A stretch of 64,000 nt of DNA from an uncultured Methanoregulaceae archaeon (GCA_963701095.1 OY969564.1:53049-117048); one strand, 5' to 3'; positions 10,315 through 22,227 are shown, counted from the first letter of the stretch. Translations and numbers: made by a program. Notes: generated from the sequence alone by a model not told the origin.

Positions 10315-11841
10315 GTGAAAAATATGGATTTAGATAAAACCTGTTCATTTCCGAATAATCTGTTCGCAAGGAAATTGCGCTTTTTTGATACCACGCTACG
10401 GGACGGGGAACAGACCCCGGGGGTATCGTTGAACCCGGACCAGAAATTGGAGATTGCAACCAGATTGGCAGCGGTAGGTGTCGATGTCATTGAGGCCGGC
10501 TCAGCGGCGGCATCAGCCGGGGAACAGGATGCGATCCGGCTCATCTCCGGTGCGGGGCTCCCGGTAGAAACGTGCACATTTGTCCGGGCAGTCCGATCCG
10601 ATATCGATTATGCCGCTGACAACGGTGCCGATTCAGTCCATTTGGTAATACCGGTTAGCGACCTTCACATCGAAAAGAAGATGCGAAAAACCCGCGATCA
10701 GGTTGCAGAGATGGCCTGGAACTCGGTCGAGTACGCAAAAAGCCGGGGACTTATTGTAGAACTTTCGGGAGAAGATGCTTCCCGGGCGGACCAGCAGTTC
10801 CTGTCCGCCGTTTTTTCCGGGGGAGTAGAGCGCGGTGCCGACCGGCTTTGTTTCTGTGACACGGTGGGTCTCCTGACGCCAGAGAAGATTGCGGAAATTA
10901 TCCCGCCGCTTGCCGGCATCGCTCCGCTTTCGATCCACTGCCACGATGACCTCGGTTTTGCGCTTGCAAACACCGTTGCTGCGTTAAAATCTGGTGCAGG
11001 TTGTGCCCACTCAACAGTGAACGGTCTTGGCGAACGTGCCGGCAATACACCCTTCGAGGAACTCGTGCTCTCTCTTGAGGTACTCTACGGATACCAGACC
11101 GGGATAAAAAAAGAAGAGATATATGCCCTTTCCACGCTGGTATCCCGGCTAACCGGTGTCCCGCTACCGGTGAATAAAGCCGTTGTGGGTGAGATGGCGT
11201 TTACCCACGAAAGCGGTATCCACGCGCACGGCGTGATCCGGGAACCGGCTACCTATGAGTCAATACGGCCGGAACAGGTGGGAAGGCGGCGCCGGATCGT
11301 TCTTGGGAAACATTCTGGTTCGGCCTCGGTTGAAGCTGCACTGCACGAGATGAAGTACGCGCCAAACGATCAGCAGCTTAGAGCCATTGTTTCCCGGATA
11401 AAAGATTTGGGCGATTCGGGAAAACGTGTCAGCGATGCCGATCTCATGGCGGTTGCCGATTCAGTCCTTGCCATGGAATGCAGGCCCACCATCAAGCTGC
11501 GGCAGTTTACTGTCGTTTCCGGGAGTAACATGATACCCACGGCATCGGTCACGCTCGAAGTAAAAGGAAAAGAGATGACCGGTGCTGCAACAGGAGACGG
11601 GCCCGTCGATGCTGCGATGCAGGTACTGGCGCAATCGGTCGCCGATGTAGGGAACATACGACTCGAAGAATATCATGTTGACGCGATCAGCGGTGGAACG
11701 GATGCATTGGTTGAAGTGACTGTAATGTTAAGTAAAGACGGGAAGATAATTACTTCACGGGGCGCGCGCACGGATATAATCATGGCGAGCGTTGAGGCGA
11801 TGATCGCCGGAATGAATAGACTACTTGAGGAACGAACATGA
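10315..11841 (+). CDS. cimA: (R)-citramalate synthase / 2-isopropylmalate synthase family
   Basis: [28 protein letters not shown] and LeuA regulatory domain. Position directly before ilvB-ilvH favours cimA over leuA. Confidence 0.75.
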   Translation: MKNMDLDKTCSFPNNLFARKLRFFDTTLRDGEQTPGVSLNPDQKLEIATRLAAVGVDVIEAGSAAASAGEQDAIRLISGAGLPVETCTFVRAVRSDIDYAADNGADSVHLVIPVSDLHIEKKMRKTRDQVAEMAWNSVEYAKSRGLIVELSGEDASRADQQFLSAVFSGGVERGADRLCFCDTVGLLTPEKIAEIIPPLAGIAPLSIHCHDDLGFALANTVAALKSGAGCAHSTVNGLGERAGNTPFEELVLSLEVLYGYQTGIKKEEIYALSTLVSRLTGVPLPVNKAVVGEMAFTHESGIHAHGVIREPATYESIRPEQVGRRRRIVLGKHSGSASVEAALHEMKYAPNDQQLRAIVSRIKDLGDSGKRVSDADLMAVADSVLAMECRPTIKLRQFTVVSGSNMIPTASVTLEVKGKEMTGAATGDGPVDAAMQVLAQSVADVGNIRLEEYHVDAISGGTDALVEVTVMLSKDGKIITSRGARTDIIMASVEAMIAGMNRLLEERT

Positions 11842-13516
11842 AAACCGGGGCAAAACTCCTTGTTGAATCACTGCAGCGTGAGGGTACCGATACATTGTTT
11901 GGTTACCCTGGCGGTTCAGTGTTGCCGATCTATGATGAACTCTACGATTCACCATTGCGGCATATCCTGGTACGGCACGAACAGGCAGCAGCGCATGCCG
12001 CAGACGGCTATGCACGCGCGAGCGGCCGGGTAGGTGTATGTCTTGCCACCTCGGGTCCTGGAGCCTGTAACCTTGTCACCGGGATAGCAACTGCGTATAT
12101 GGACTCGGTCCCTGTTGTGGCCATTACCGGCCAAGTGCCCACAACGATGCTCGGAAACGATGCGTTCCAGGAATCGGATATCCAGGGCATCACGATGCCT
12201 ATCACCAAACATAATTACCTGGTAAAGGACACTTCGGATATTCCCCGCGTGGTAAAAGAGGCATTTTATATCGCCGGTACCGGTCGTCCGGGTCCGGTAC
12301 TTATCGATCTGCCAAAGGATGTCAATACCCGGTCGGTCAAGGAACCGGTCGTCCCGGATAAAGTGATTCTCCGTGGCTACAACCCGACCTATAAAGGACA
12401 TAAACGCCAGATCGATAAAGCGATTGAACTTATCATGGCAGCGGAACGCCCGCTCATTTACGCCGGTGGCGGTGTTATTATTTCCAACGCATCCCCGCAG
12501 TTAATAGCATTTGTGTCCGGCCACGGTATTCCGGTCACGACCACCCTGATGGGTATCGGCTGTATCCCCGGCGATCACCCGCTCAACCTTGGCATGCTGG
12601 GTATGCATGGCACAGAATATGCAAATTTCGCGGTCACCGAATGCGATCTTCTCATTGCGATCGGTGCGCGATTCGATGACCGTGTTACCGGAAAGATTGA
12701 AACTTTCGCACCTCATGCAAAAGTGATCCATATCGATATCGACCCTGCAGAAATAGGAAAGAACAAACATGTGGATGTACCGATTGTGGGCGACATTAAA
12801 GCAGTGCTTACAGATATGATGGCCGGTCTTGCAAAAAAGAATGCCTGTGAGGCCTGGCAGAAAAAGATAAAGCACTGGCGACAGCACCATCCTCTCCGGT
12901 TTGGTAAAGAGAACGGGTGCCTGCACCCCCAATTCATTCTCCAGCAGATGAATGAATTGTTACAAGGGGATGCAGTCATTGTCTCTGAGGTTGGCCAGAA
13001 CCAGATGTGGACCGCCCAGTACTTCTGTTTCCGTTATCCCCGCACCTGGATCACCTCTGGCGGGCTTGGCACGATGGGTTATGGATTTCCTGCGGCGATA
13101 GGGGCGCACTTTGCCAGGCCCGATCTCCCGGTCTTTGATGTTGCCGGCGACGGTAGTATCCAGATGAATATCCAGGAAATGGGGACTGTGGCCCAGTATA
13201 AGATCCCGGTAAAGATTGCCATTCTTAATAATATGTACCTGGGCATGGTGCGCCAGTGGCAGGAGCTTTCTACGACCGGCGCTATTCCTATACCGAGCTT
13301 CCGCCGGTGGAGTTCACAAAGATTGCACAGGCATATGGTATTGAAGGGATAAAAGTGGAGTCCTGCGACGAGGTCATGCCGGCATTACAGGCAGCAGTTG
13401 ATAATGACGGGCCGTTTGTCCTGGACTTCAGGATTGAACGGGAGGAAAATGTGTTTCCCATGGTACCGGCCGGTGCAGCCATTAACGAGATGATCGGGGG
13501 GCATCCGCGATCATGA
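11838..13516 (+). CDS. ilvB: acetolactate synthase large subunit, 1-bp frameshift at ~13266
   Basis: FGYPGG, RHEQ, TSGPGA, TPP motif GDGS..N; MVRQWQEL continues as FYDRRYS in the other frame. Confidence 0.95.
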
Positions 13517-14016
13517 AAGCACATACATTGTCCGTACTTGTGGAAAATAAGGCCGGGGTACTATCCCGGGTTACCGGTCTCTTCTCCCGGCGCGGTTTTA
13601 ACATCGAGAGCCTTGCTGTGGGAACCTGCGAGGAACCGGACATGAGCCGGATCACGATCGTGGTGATCGGTGATGATGCCCAGGTTGAGCAGGTAATGAA
13701 ACAACTCAACAAGCTTATCGATGTGATTAAGGTCTCGGATCTTACCGACGGCGAACGGGTTGAGCGAGAGCTTGCGCTTTTCAAGGTGTCAGCCGAACAA
13801 GGCTCAACCCGTGCCGAGATTATGCAGATTGCAACCATCTTCCGGGCCCAGATAGTAGATGTGGGTGCAAGGTCGGTAATCCTCCAGATAGCTGGTGATA
13901 CCGGAAAGATCGAAGCAATGGAGAAACTTCTGCGCCAGTTTGGGATCAAGGAGCTGATTCGGACAGGTAAGATAGGGATTTTGCGCGGCACAAAGACAGT
14001 TACTAGCAGCAAATAA
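13513..14016 (+). CDS. ilvH: acetolactate synthase small (ACT) subunit
   Basis: LSVLVENKAGVLSRVTGLFSRRGFNIESL, ERELAL. Confidence 0.95.
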   Translation: MKAHTLSVLVENKAGVLSRVTGLFSRRGFNIESLAVGTCEEPDMSRITIVVIGDDAQVEQVMKQLNKLIDVIKVSDLTDGERVERELALFKVSAEQGSTRAEIMQIATIFRAQIVDVGARSVILQIAGDTGKIEAMEKLLRQFGIKELIRTGKIGILRGTKTVTSSK

Positions 14017-14046
14017 TTTTTCTTTTTCTTATTAAAAATAAAAAAA

Positions 14047-15630
14047 TTAGAAGATCAGCATCAGGCACAACATAATGCCGGTGATAATAGTCAGCACAAT
14101 TGCAAAAGGTGCAACTTTGCGGACAACCTCTCCTTCAATACCGATCTTATCAACTACTGCAGCCGCATTAATGATCTTTGCTACCGCAATACCGGATGCA
14201 ATACCCCCAGCAACCATATGGGCTGCGTAGACCTGTATGAAGTTAAGGTTAAGCATCTCGGTTGATTTTTTGAGGATACCGTAGAACATGACGTTTGACG
14301 AGGTTTCACTGCCCGATACAAACGATCCGAACAGACCCAGCGACGGGCTGATCAGCGGGAATGCAATGCCAAATGCAAGAGCAAGAACCGTACCGATAAC
14401 AATGTTCATGTTGAAACCGGAAGCTCCTGGTGCAAAGGTGAGTGCACCGTTGATTACCGACTTTCCTGACCAGTCCATGACATAGGCGATGGCAAAAAAG
14501 ACTATCGCGGCAAGCACCGGACTCCATGAGCGTTTCAGCCAAACGGTAGTGATCTTTTTGAGTTCGTCTTTTGACCGGATCAAAAACGGTGCAGTAATAA
14601 TGGTACTTACCAGAACCCAGAAGTAAGCCTGGGTCAGGAGTTTGAGGTTGACGATCTGGTCAGCCATGACGTGAAGCTTCTGCAAATTACCAAGGGACGC
14701 AAGAAGTGCCCCCTGGATTACGGGAATGCTGATGATGATACAGAAGATCACGAGCGCAAGCCAGGGGAGTGATGCCTTCCAGAGCGGCATCTTATTCTTA
14801 CGTTCCTCCCTGGCTTTTGCTATTTCAGCTGGTTCGGAAACATCAAGCGGCCTGCCTCTGATCTTCCTCATCAGGAAGAGAACTGCAACGGTAACAATGC
14901 CAGAGAAGACACCAACGAGACCTATTGCCGCTGCGGGAAGGACATGGACAAACAAAATCGCACAAAGCCCGAGCGTCAGGCCTGCGACGAGTGCCGTGAG
15001 GAATCCTTTTCTTACACCGGCGATACCATCGGCGACCCAAAGCATGGCAAGTGCAATACCCGTCGAAATCACCGGCAGGAACCACGCCACCGTGATCCCG
15101 AGGGTTTTTACATCTAAGCCGAATGCAGCTGCCGGCAGTGTTATGGGAACAGCTAAGAGCGAGAACGATGTAAGCGGGTCATATCCCATACAGGGAAGGG
15201 CTACTGCTGCAAGCGGCGAGAAACCGAGCGCCAGCATAATAGGCGGGAGCATGGTTACCGGTGTTGCACCAATAGAGACTAAAAACGTCCCGAACCCGAC
15301 GTTCAGGATCATAATTTGCTCGTACCGTTCTGCGGCAATCGTTTTGATGTAAGCTGTTATACTTGCGATCGCGCCCGTGATGTCCATCATCGTGACCTGC
15401 AGGATGGTAAAGAGTACCATCAGGGAGATCCCAAATGATGAGAGTACGCCGTACCAAGATGCAGCAAGTGCTACAGAAATATCGGTCTGGAAAAAGAAGA
15501 CCGCGATGATCACCGTCAGAATCCATCCAAGGACGCCCATGAGCGTCCCGGACTGTCTGAAGAAGACAAGTCCGATAAAGACCATGAGAATGGGCAGTAT
15601 GGCCAGAATAAACTGAATAACAAGATCCAC
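14047..15630 (-). CDS. L-lactate permease family transporter
   Basis: Polytopic membrane protein with LGLFGSFVSGSETSSNVMF. Confidence 0.85.
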   Translation of the reverse strand: MDLVIQFILAILPILMVFIGLVFFRQSGTLMGVLGWILTVIIAVFFFQTDISVALAASWYGVLSSFGISLMVLFTILQVTMMDITGAIASITAYIKTIAAERYEQIMILNVGFGTFLVSIGATPVTMLPPIMLALGFSPLAAVALPCMGYDPLTSFSLLAVPITLPAAAFGLDVKTLGITVAWFLPVISTGIALAMLWVADGIAGVRKGFLTALVAGLTLGLCAILFVHVLPAAAIGLVGVFSGIVTVAVLFLMRKIRGRPLDVSEPAEIAKAREERKNKMPLWKASLPWLALVIFCIIISIPVIQGALLASLGNLQKLHVMADQIVNLKLLTQAYFWVLVSTIITAPFLIRSKDELKKITTVWLKRSWSPVLAAIVFFAIAYVMDWSGKSVINGALTFAPGASGFNMNIVIGTVLALAFGIAFPLISPSLGLFGSFVSGSETSSNVMFYGILKKSTEMLNLNFIQVYAAHMVAGGIASGIAVAKIINAAAVVDKIGIEGEVVRKVAPFAIVLTIITGIMLCLMLIF

Positions 15631-15762
15631 TTTGATCTACCCTCCGGGGTGTAAACTATTGGTCTGCTATGCCATAGCATAACATTATCGTTTTTGATCC
15701 GGCAGCATAGTGATCACGGTCAGGGTGAAATGCTATAGGTACCGCCAGCCTATAATTGGGCA

Positions 15763-17075
15763 GTGAAAACAGCAATTCTCGGGGGCGGTTTATCCGGCCT
15801 TACTCTGGCCCGGCTCCTTTACGAAAAAGACACCGATCTCGTGATCGTCGAAGCCGAACCTGAATATGGCGGACTCTGCCGGTCATGTGTCTCGAATGGC
15901 TTCACCTTCGATACCGGTGGGTCCCATATCATCTTTTCACGGGATACCGAAGTCCTTGGCTTTATGCGGCAGATGATCCGGGGAAACGAACAGAAAAATA
16001 TCCGGAACACGAAGATTTTTTATAAAGGCCGGTATGTCAAGTATCCATTCGAGAACGGCCTTGGCGATCTGTCGGCAGAGGACCGTTTCTTCTGTATCAG
16101 TGAATTTATCAAGACGCTTGTCGCCGTCGAAAAAGGGGAACTTGAGCCACCCCGGACATTCAGGGACTGGATCTATTATACGTTCGGTAAAGGTATTGCC
16201 GAATGCTACATGGTGCCGTACAACGAGAAGATCTGGAAGTACCCGACCGATCACATGTCGCTTCACTGGGTGGACGGCCGGATCCCGCGGCCACCGGTCG
16301 ACGACGTGATTAAATCTGCAATTGGTATAGCCACCGAGGGGTATACCCACCAGTCAGTCTTCTCATATCCGCTTGACGGAGGAATCGAGGCGCTGATAAA
16401 AGCAATTGCGCGACCGGTCGAGCCGTTTATAAAAACAGCATTCCGGATCCGTTCGCTCAGGAAAGAGGGTACGCGGTGGCTTATCAGCGATGGCAGGGAA
16501 ACTATCGAGGCGGACCGTGTCATTTCAACGATCCCTGTCCAGCACCTCATTGCAGCTCTTCGGGATGTACCCCGGAAGTAAAGACAGCCTGCGATGATCT
16601 CACGTATAACTCACTCATCTGTGTTAATATCGGTCTCCGCGGTGATGTCCCGGATTACTCCTGGCTTTACATTCCCGACCACGAGCTTGGTTTGACCAAC
16701 CGAATCTCGTTTCCGTCACAGTACAGCAGGCACGTGGCTCCTGAAGGATGCAGTTCGGTCCTCGCGGAAATTACCTACCGGCCTAGCGATCCCGTCGCCC
16801 GGATGAGCGACCAGAACATCATTGCTGAGGTTACCGGAATGCTCGAAACAATGGCTATTCTTATTCCGGATAATGTTGTTTTCTCCTCGGTAATGCGCCA
16901 ACCATTCGCTTATGTCGTTTATGACAAAAAGTATCAGGAAAATATAGCCATTGTCCGGGAATACTGCACAGGGATCGGGATCCCTCTCGTGGGCCGGTTT
17001 GCCCAATTCGAGTATCTTAATATGGACGGGTGCATCCGGAGTGTACTGGATTTTGTGGAATCCTATCCGGTATAG
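15763..17075 (+). CDS. FAD-dependent oxidoreductase (protoporphyrinogen oxidase / UDP-galactopyranose mutase-like), frameshift ~16571
   Basis: GGGLSG Rossmann motif, FDTGGSH, PYNEKIW, GRFAQFEYLNMD. Confidence 0.85.
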
Positions 17076-17148
17076 GTGGTTATCGGTTCCCGTACATCAG
17101 GCTTATCATCCGCCAGCCTAAAAAATGTACAGGAGTTTATTACGCTGT

Positions 17149-17847
17149 ATGATATCGGTCATTGTCCCCTCCTTTAATGAAGAGGAGAACATAGCCCAGT
17201 GCCTGGTCTCGCTCTCTCACCAGACGGTGAATAAAAACGAGTACGAGATCATCGTTGTCGATGGCGGGTCTACCGACAAGACCTGCGAGATTGCCCGGAA
17301 GTATGCCGACAAGGTCTTTATCCAGAAGAGTAAGAAAGTCGGCGGTGCCAGAAACGATGGGGTGATGGCTGCAAAAGGCGACATCATTGCCTCAACCGAT
17401 GCCGACTGTATCCTCCCCCCGGATTGGATCGAGCGTATCAAGAATGATTTTACCGATCCGGCTGTCGTTCAGGTCTATGGTACGGTGTATCCTATTCAGG
17501 ACAGCGTGGGTAACCACTTCTCCCTCCTGCTTGCAAATACCTTCTCCCGGACCGGGTATTACAGCCGCACCTTCTATTACACTCTTGGCTGTAACACGGC
17601 GTTTCGTAAAGACGCATTCATAAAAGCAGGTATGTACCGGTGCATTGATGCCGGGGACGATCTCGAGATTGCCATGCGCCTGAAAGATATGGGGAAGATC
17701 AAATTCGACGGTAAGTTGAAAGTCGGGTTCTCGATGCGCCGGTACCAGCAGTACGGTACATTCAAATCTGTTTACGAGTGGCTTTACATTGTGGCCCATG
17801 GCGGAGAGACCCAGAAGTATGCCTACACCCAGAAAAAATACAAATGA
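17149..17847 (+). CDS. glycosyltransferase family 2
   Basis: SVIVPSFNEE, VVDGGSTD, DAD, GDD. Confidence 0.9.
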   Translation: MISVIVPSFNEEENIAQCLVSLSHQTVNKNEYEIIVVDGGSTDKTCEIARKYADKVFIQKSKKVGGARNDGVMAAKGDIIASTDADCILPPDWIERIKNDFTDPAVVQVYGTVYPIQDSVGNHFSLLLANTFSRTGYYSRTFYYTLGCNTAFRKDAFIKAGMYRCIDAGDDLEIAMRLKDMGKIKFDGKLKVGFSMRRYQQYGTFKSVYEWLYIVAHGGETQKYAYTQKKYK

Positions 17848-18059
17848 TTTTTACTTATATTGGATAATCCGCGAGTGATTTCCAGAAAATCGACAGAAAT
17901 TTTTTTTGCTGATTCTCTCAGAAGAGAAGATTTTCGGTTTTTTTAATACCCCGATCAGTTTCAGAAAAGCGGGGGGAGAGGGATTTCCCCGGTATTCTCG
18001 CGTTCACGGGATTCGCTGTAGAGATCCCGTTTATGGTTCCTGTTGAATTGGAGGTTTAC

Positions 18060-18212
18060 CTAAGATAATGCGGCAACCATCTGTGGTGCGGGGGTACTAG
18101 TGGCCACACCTTTGGTAAACGACAGAACAACGTTGTAGTTCCCCGGTGTCGTGTAGGTGCATGTGGAGTTCTGGACAAACCCCGAAGCGGTTGGTAACTT
18201 CCAGATGTCAGG
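18060..18212 (-). pseudogene. relic of a Kelch/PKD surface-protein gene
   Basis: DIWKLPTASGFVQNSTCTYTTPGNYNVVL aligns by eye at ~15/30 identities with DVWRMQTASAFGENPVHIYTTPSNSFNVTL of the 4829-7537 protein. Confidence 0.6.
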
Positions 18213-19722
18213 GATTATGCCGGAACTTACCGGGTGGAACCAGCATCTCAAAACGGGCACCTTCCCCGAAAACGCCCGTTTCAGTTATGGTTATATCGGT
18301 AATTGCCAGGATCTCTCGTACCAATAAAAGCCCTACACCCTGGCGGGGGTCTGCATGGTGTTCAAAGATTTTTAATTTTTGCGATGGATGGATCCCTACC
18401 CCGTTATCGGCATAGGTCAGGACAAGGCCATCAGGCCGTTCCTGACTGCTGAACCTGATCTCGGTAACCGTTTCACCATTTTTAAGCGAGTTCTCGATAA
18501 AATAATTAAATAGGTTCTCAAGGAGCGGATCTGCAAAGATATCATAGTCTTTGAATTCCAGCACAACCGGGATCCCCTGAGTGTCGATACTGGAAATGAT
18601 CTGTTTCAGATTCTTCCAAACGGGCAGGGTCATCCCTACCTTCTCGTACTCCTGGGTAAAATCAATCTGTTTTTTGATAGAATAGATCAGATCTTTAATT
18701 TCTTTGCTGATAGCATGACGTTCATTTTTGGAAGATATTTCTGAAATCATCTCAGCGCAGCCGATAAGGCCGGCCATCTTATTCCGGATGATATGCCTGG
18801 ATACGTCATTCATTATGACAAGTTTGCGTTTGGCGAGGATCTCTGCTGCTTCCGTCTTCTTTTTCTCGGTCATGTCGATAACGATTCCCCGGAAGCCTTT
18901 GATCTTATCATCCCGGACAATCGGGATAGTATATGCGGTAATCGGGACGATGACCCCATCTTTGCGGACAGCGCGATATTCAGCAGGTCCCCCAGTACGG
19001 GCATGGTCGGCAGAAATTTCTTGAAATTCACGGAGCAAGCGGGGTAGGTCTTCGGGGTAAATGTGGTTTCTGATAATGTATCCTTTTTGGATATCCTCGT
19101 CAGTAAGCTGGGTCATCTGCTTGCCCATCCGGTTTATATATGTATATTTCCCCGTAACATCGGCTTCAAATACCATCTGAGGCAGCATTTCCGTCAGATC
19201 ATGAAAGCGGATCTCGCTTTCCCGGATGATTTCCTCATCTTTTTTGAGCTTATCGTATTGCTGGCGAAGTTCCTCTTCCGCAGCAGCTAACTGTTCGTAG
19301 GAAGCCTGTAATTCATAGTTTTTTTCCCTCAGTTCGTCCACGGCTTTGTGGCGTTGTACTGCCTGGTGGATCTTATGGGCAAGTTCAGCAAACTGGGGCT
19401 TTGCCTGTCCACCTTTCTGAAGGTAAAAATCAGCACCGGAATTGATGGCCTCGATAACAACATCTTCCCGGCCTTTTCCGGTAAAAAGGATGAACGGGAT
19501 GGAGTTCCCTGATGATCTTACGGTTTTTAATAAGGTGATACCGTCCATCGCCGGCATCTCATAATCTGATATAATGGCATCGTAATGTGTGACATTTAGC
19601 AGGGTTGGAACGTCCGGAGAATAAGAAGTAATATCAACGCGAAATTGATCGGTTTTCTCTAGGAAAGTTTTGCCTATCTCAAGGAGGTCCGGTTGGTCAT
19701 CGACGTAGAGAATACGATACAT
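18208..19722 (-). CDS. receiver-PAS-histidine kinase hybrid
   Basis: ILYVDD..SDYEMP..FTG..QKG receiver, PAS domain, SRHIIRN H-box, DNGVG and GVGL boxes. Confidence 0.9.
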   Translation of the reverse strand: MYRILYVDDQPDLLEIGKTFLEKTDQFRVDITSYSPDVPTLLNVTHYDAIISDYEMPAMDGITLLKTVRSSGNSIPFILFTGKGREDVVIEAINSGADFYLQKGGQAKPQFAELAHKIHQAVQRHKAVDELREKNYELQASYEQLAAAEEELRQQYDKLKKDEEIIRESEIRFHDLTEMLPQMVFEADVTGKYTYINRMGKQMTQLTDEDIQKGYIIRNHIYPEDLPRLLREFQEISADHARTGGPAEYRAVRKDGVIVPITAYTIPIVRDDKIKGFRGIVIDMTEKKKTEAAEILAKRKLVIMNDVSRHIIRNKMAGLIGCAEMISEISSKNERHAISKEIKDLIYSIKKQIDFTQEYEKVGMTLPVWKNLKQIISSIDTQGIPVVLEFKDYDIFADPLLENLFNYFIENSLKNGETVTEIRFSSQERPDGLVLTYADNGVGIHPSQKLKIFEHHADPRQGVGLLLVREILAITDITITETGVFGEGARFEMLVPPGKFRHNP

Positions 19723-20252
19723 GAAAACAATATTCTAATCACTATATTAGGTATCGTCGTTATTATACCTTATTTTATTACATTTTAATATACAACTTTA
19801 TTTTTCGTAGATTCATATCGTTTATTTTTATCCACAACGAAGTATCCGTCATAAAAACCGGAACTTGTAAAATACGGGAGATCCTGTTCTATGAAATCTC
19901 ATTCAACGAGTCCAATCTCTAAGGATCATAACGATGCAACTTTGTCCAAATTGTAATGCGGAAGTCGATGAATGCTTCCGTGGGCTCTGTCAAGTCTTCG
20001 GCAGATTGCATTTTATCTTTGGGTTGAAATAATTCAGAACTGCCGACAACTTGATAATACTCAAATTAGGCTCCAATATATACTGCGCCGTTTCCGAATC
20101 AAGTTTCAATCACACCTTTTTTAGGAATGTGGTTGTGATCCCTCGTTAAACTGCCAAACATTTCCTTCAGAATTTAAAAAAAACTTCTTTCTATTAATTT
20201 GTTATAATTAATTTTTCAGTGCATGAAAAAAAATCTCAATCCTCGGCAGAGC

Positions 20253-20591
20253 CTATTTTTTTGAATGGGTATACAGGGTTGCACCTGCTCCGATCCCCGC
20301 CGATGCAAGTCCAATCCCTGCTGCAATAACAGAAGGATCGGAGAATGATGAAGGAGCAACAGTAGTCTGCGTTGCAACAGGTACCACAGGGGTTGCCATT
20401 GTCTGAATGGGTGTGACGCTCTCTTTTTGAATATGATTTTCCACCGGCGCCGAAGAGCCATGGTTTGACGGATTTCCGATTTGTCCCGGACCTCCGGCGG
20501 ACGCTATCGCAATCATCAACGCCATAAACGAGAGCACGGAAATCAGTATTATCTGCCGTGCTGACCATTTTTTTGCCATAGGGAGACTCAA
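20253..20591 (-). CDS. small secreted/membrane-anchored protein
   Basis: N-terminal signal, P/T-rich linker, C-terminal hydrophobic helix plus KK; RBS GGAGG. Confidence 0.7.
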   Translation of the reverse strand: MSLPMAKKWSARQIILISVLSFMALMIAIASAGGPGQIGNPSNHGSSAPVENHIQKESVTPIQTMATPVVPVATQTTVAPSSFSDPSVIAAGIGLASAGIGAGATLYTHSKK

Positions 20592-20734
20592 ACCTCCCGG
20601 TTCAATATAATGTATCCACAGTCGAGATTTTCCGGCAATTTCTTTTTTCGGTCCTGGATAGTGACTTTGATAACTTCTGCTTTCTTCTTCTCATATCTGG
20701 CATTCTTCGCCGCGTGTCGAACTCTCTTTTTCAT
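20588..20734 (-). CDS. small basic hypothetical protein (48 aa)
   Basis: MKKRVRHAAKNARYEKKKAEV..; lies between the operator/TATA and the 20591 gene, with its stop overlapping that gene's track start. Confidence 0.35.
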   Translation of the reverse strand: MKKRVRHAAKNARYEKKKAEVIKVTIQDRKKKLPENLDCGYIILNREV

Positions 20735-20756
20735 GTCAGAAAAAATCTCTCTCCAG

Positions 20757-20796
20757 AATATTTATTCCCGTAATACTACTTTCAAAAAATGAAACT
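20757..20796 (-). promoter_or_regulatory. third copy of operator (1 mismatch) plus TATA-like box
   Basis: Minus strand AGTTTCA-TTTTT-TGAAAGT at 20796-20778, then AATAAATA at +12. Confidence 0.65.
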
Positions 20797-21076
20797 TCCC
20801 GTCTGTAAAATCCGGTTTATTTTATCCAAACAGAGAGAGAAAATAAAAAATCCCCGATGCGATTCGACAATACCAATTCCGCTAAGAATCGTGAACCCCG
20901 GATCCAGCACATCAGCGAGACTGTGTATAAGCTGCCGCAGCTATGGGATCACCACCGTTGCAGCCGATACCAACGTTGACCATCATGTTCGGGGGTGCTC
21001 GTACTGTTACCAGGAACAAGGTTTCGTGACACATAGGTATAGTTCAAGTGTATTCAGGAAAAATAAAATTAAGCGC

Positions 21077-21486
21077 ATGAATTCATCAGAAAAACAATCG
21101 CCGGGTTTCAAACGCGATCCCGTAACCCTGTTTGAAGAAAACGAGTTTGGACGGTTGCTCGGTATTCATATAACTGAAGCCCGCGACGGGTATGCACGTG
21201 TCGAGATGGACTGCACCGGCAAATGTAACCCCCACGGTATCGCTCACGGTGGAGCCGTTTTTTCGCTTGCCGACCATGCCTTTGGTATTGCTTCCAATTA
21301 TGGCAAGGATCATTATACCGCAGTTTCCGTGCATATCCAGTATATCGCTCCCGCCCGGGTCTTCTTGTTGCAGTAGCAGAACGTATTGCGTCGAACGAGA
21401 CCTGCGGGACCTATCGTGTCATCGTGTACGAAGGTGAACGGACGATAGCGGTGTTCGATGGTATCGCATTCCGGGTCTCTTCTTAA
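21077..21486 (+). CDS. PaaI-family thioesterase, frameshift ~21357
   Basis: NPHGIAHGGAVFSLAD; adding one G gives GLLVAVAE..GTYRV..VFDGIAF. Confidence 0.85.
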
Positions 21487-21575
21487 TTTATCGTTTTTCC
21501 GTGAAGAAATGATGAATATGTGTTCGTACTCGTTAAGACGCACTTTTATCTTTCTGCACTTTCCCATACTGCCAT

Positions 21576-22134
21576 ATGACCGTTGAGAAAACTGCAGTGA
21601 CCACAGTCGCCGGCTTAATGGCGCTTGCGGCCCGTACCGCTCCGAAAGCAAAAGGACAGGACGAGATCCTGATCACTCTCCTCACAAGCACCCAGCAGAA
21701 AAAACTCTCCTTGGCTATGACCAAGTACGGCACAAAAAACGAGCTGGTTTTTTCCTGCGGGATGCAAAAAATATCCTTGCGAGCGATGCTGTTCTTGTTA
21801 TCGGTATCCAGGGAAAAATCGCTGTCGGGATTAATTGCGGAGCATGCGGGTATGCCACATGTGCGGCATTTACAAAAGCATCAGGCGCCGTAAAAAAACG
21901 CACAACGCCTTTTCCGGCCCTAACTGTGCAGTAAGGATGGCCGATCTGGGCATTGCCGTTGGGTCGGCGGCCAAGACCGCCCAGATCCACAACGTGGACA
22001 ATCGTATTATGTATACGGCCGGTTCAGTTGCTCTGGATCTTGGCTTTCTTGGAAAAGAGTGTACCGTCGCTTATGCAATTCCTCTTTCAGCTTCGGGAAA
22101 GAACATCTTCTTCGATCGTGTTGTCGTAAAATAA
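21576..22134 (+). CDS. DUF2148 / ferredoxin-domain protein, frameshift ~21750
   Basis: AARTAPKAKG, NCGACGYATC, DLGIAVGSA..DNRIMYTAG, GKNIFFDR. Confidence 0.8.
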
Positions 22135-22227
22135 TCCATGTTAATTTTTTTTAAGATGAAAACCCCTTTTTTTGAACTTGGTATATTAACAAAATTTTAT
22201 AAATAAATCCGTCGTGTAAAAATCAGT

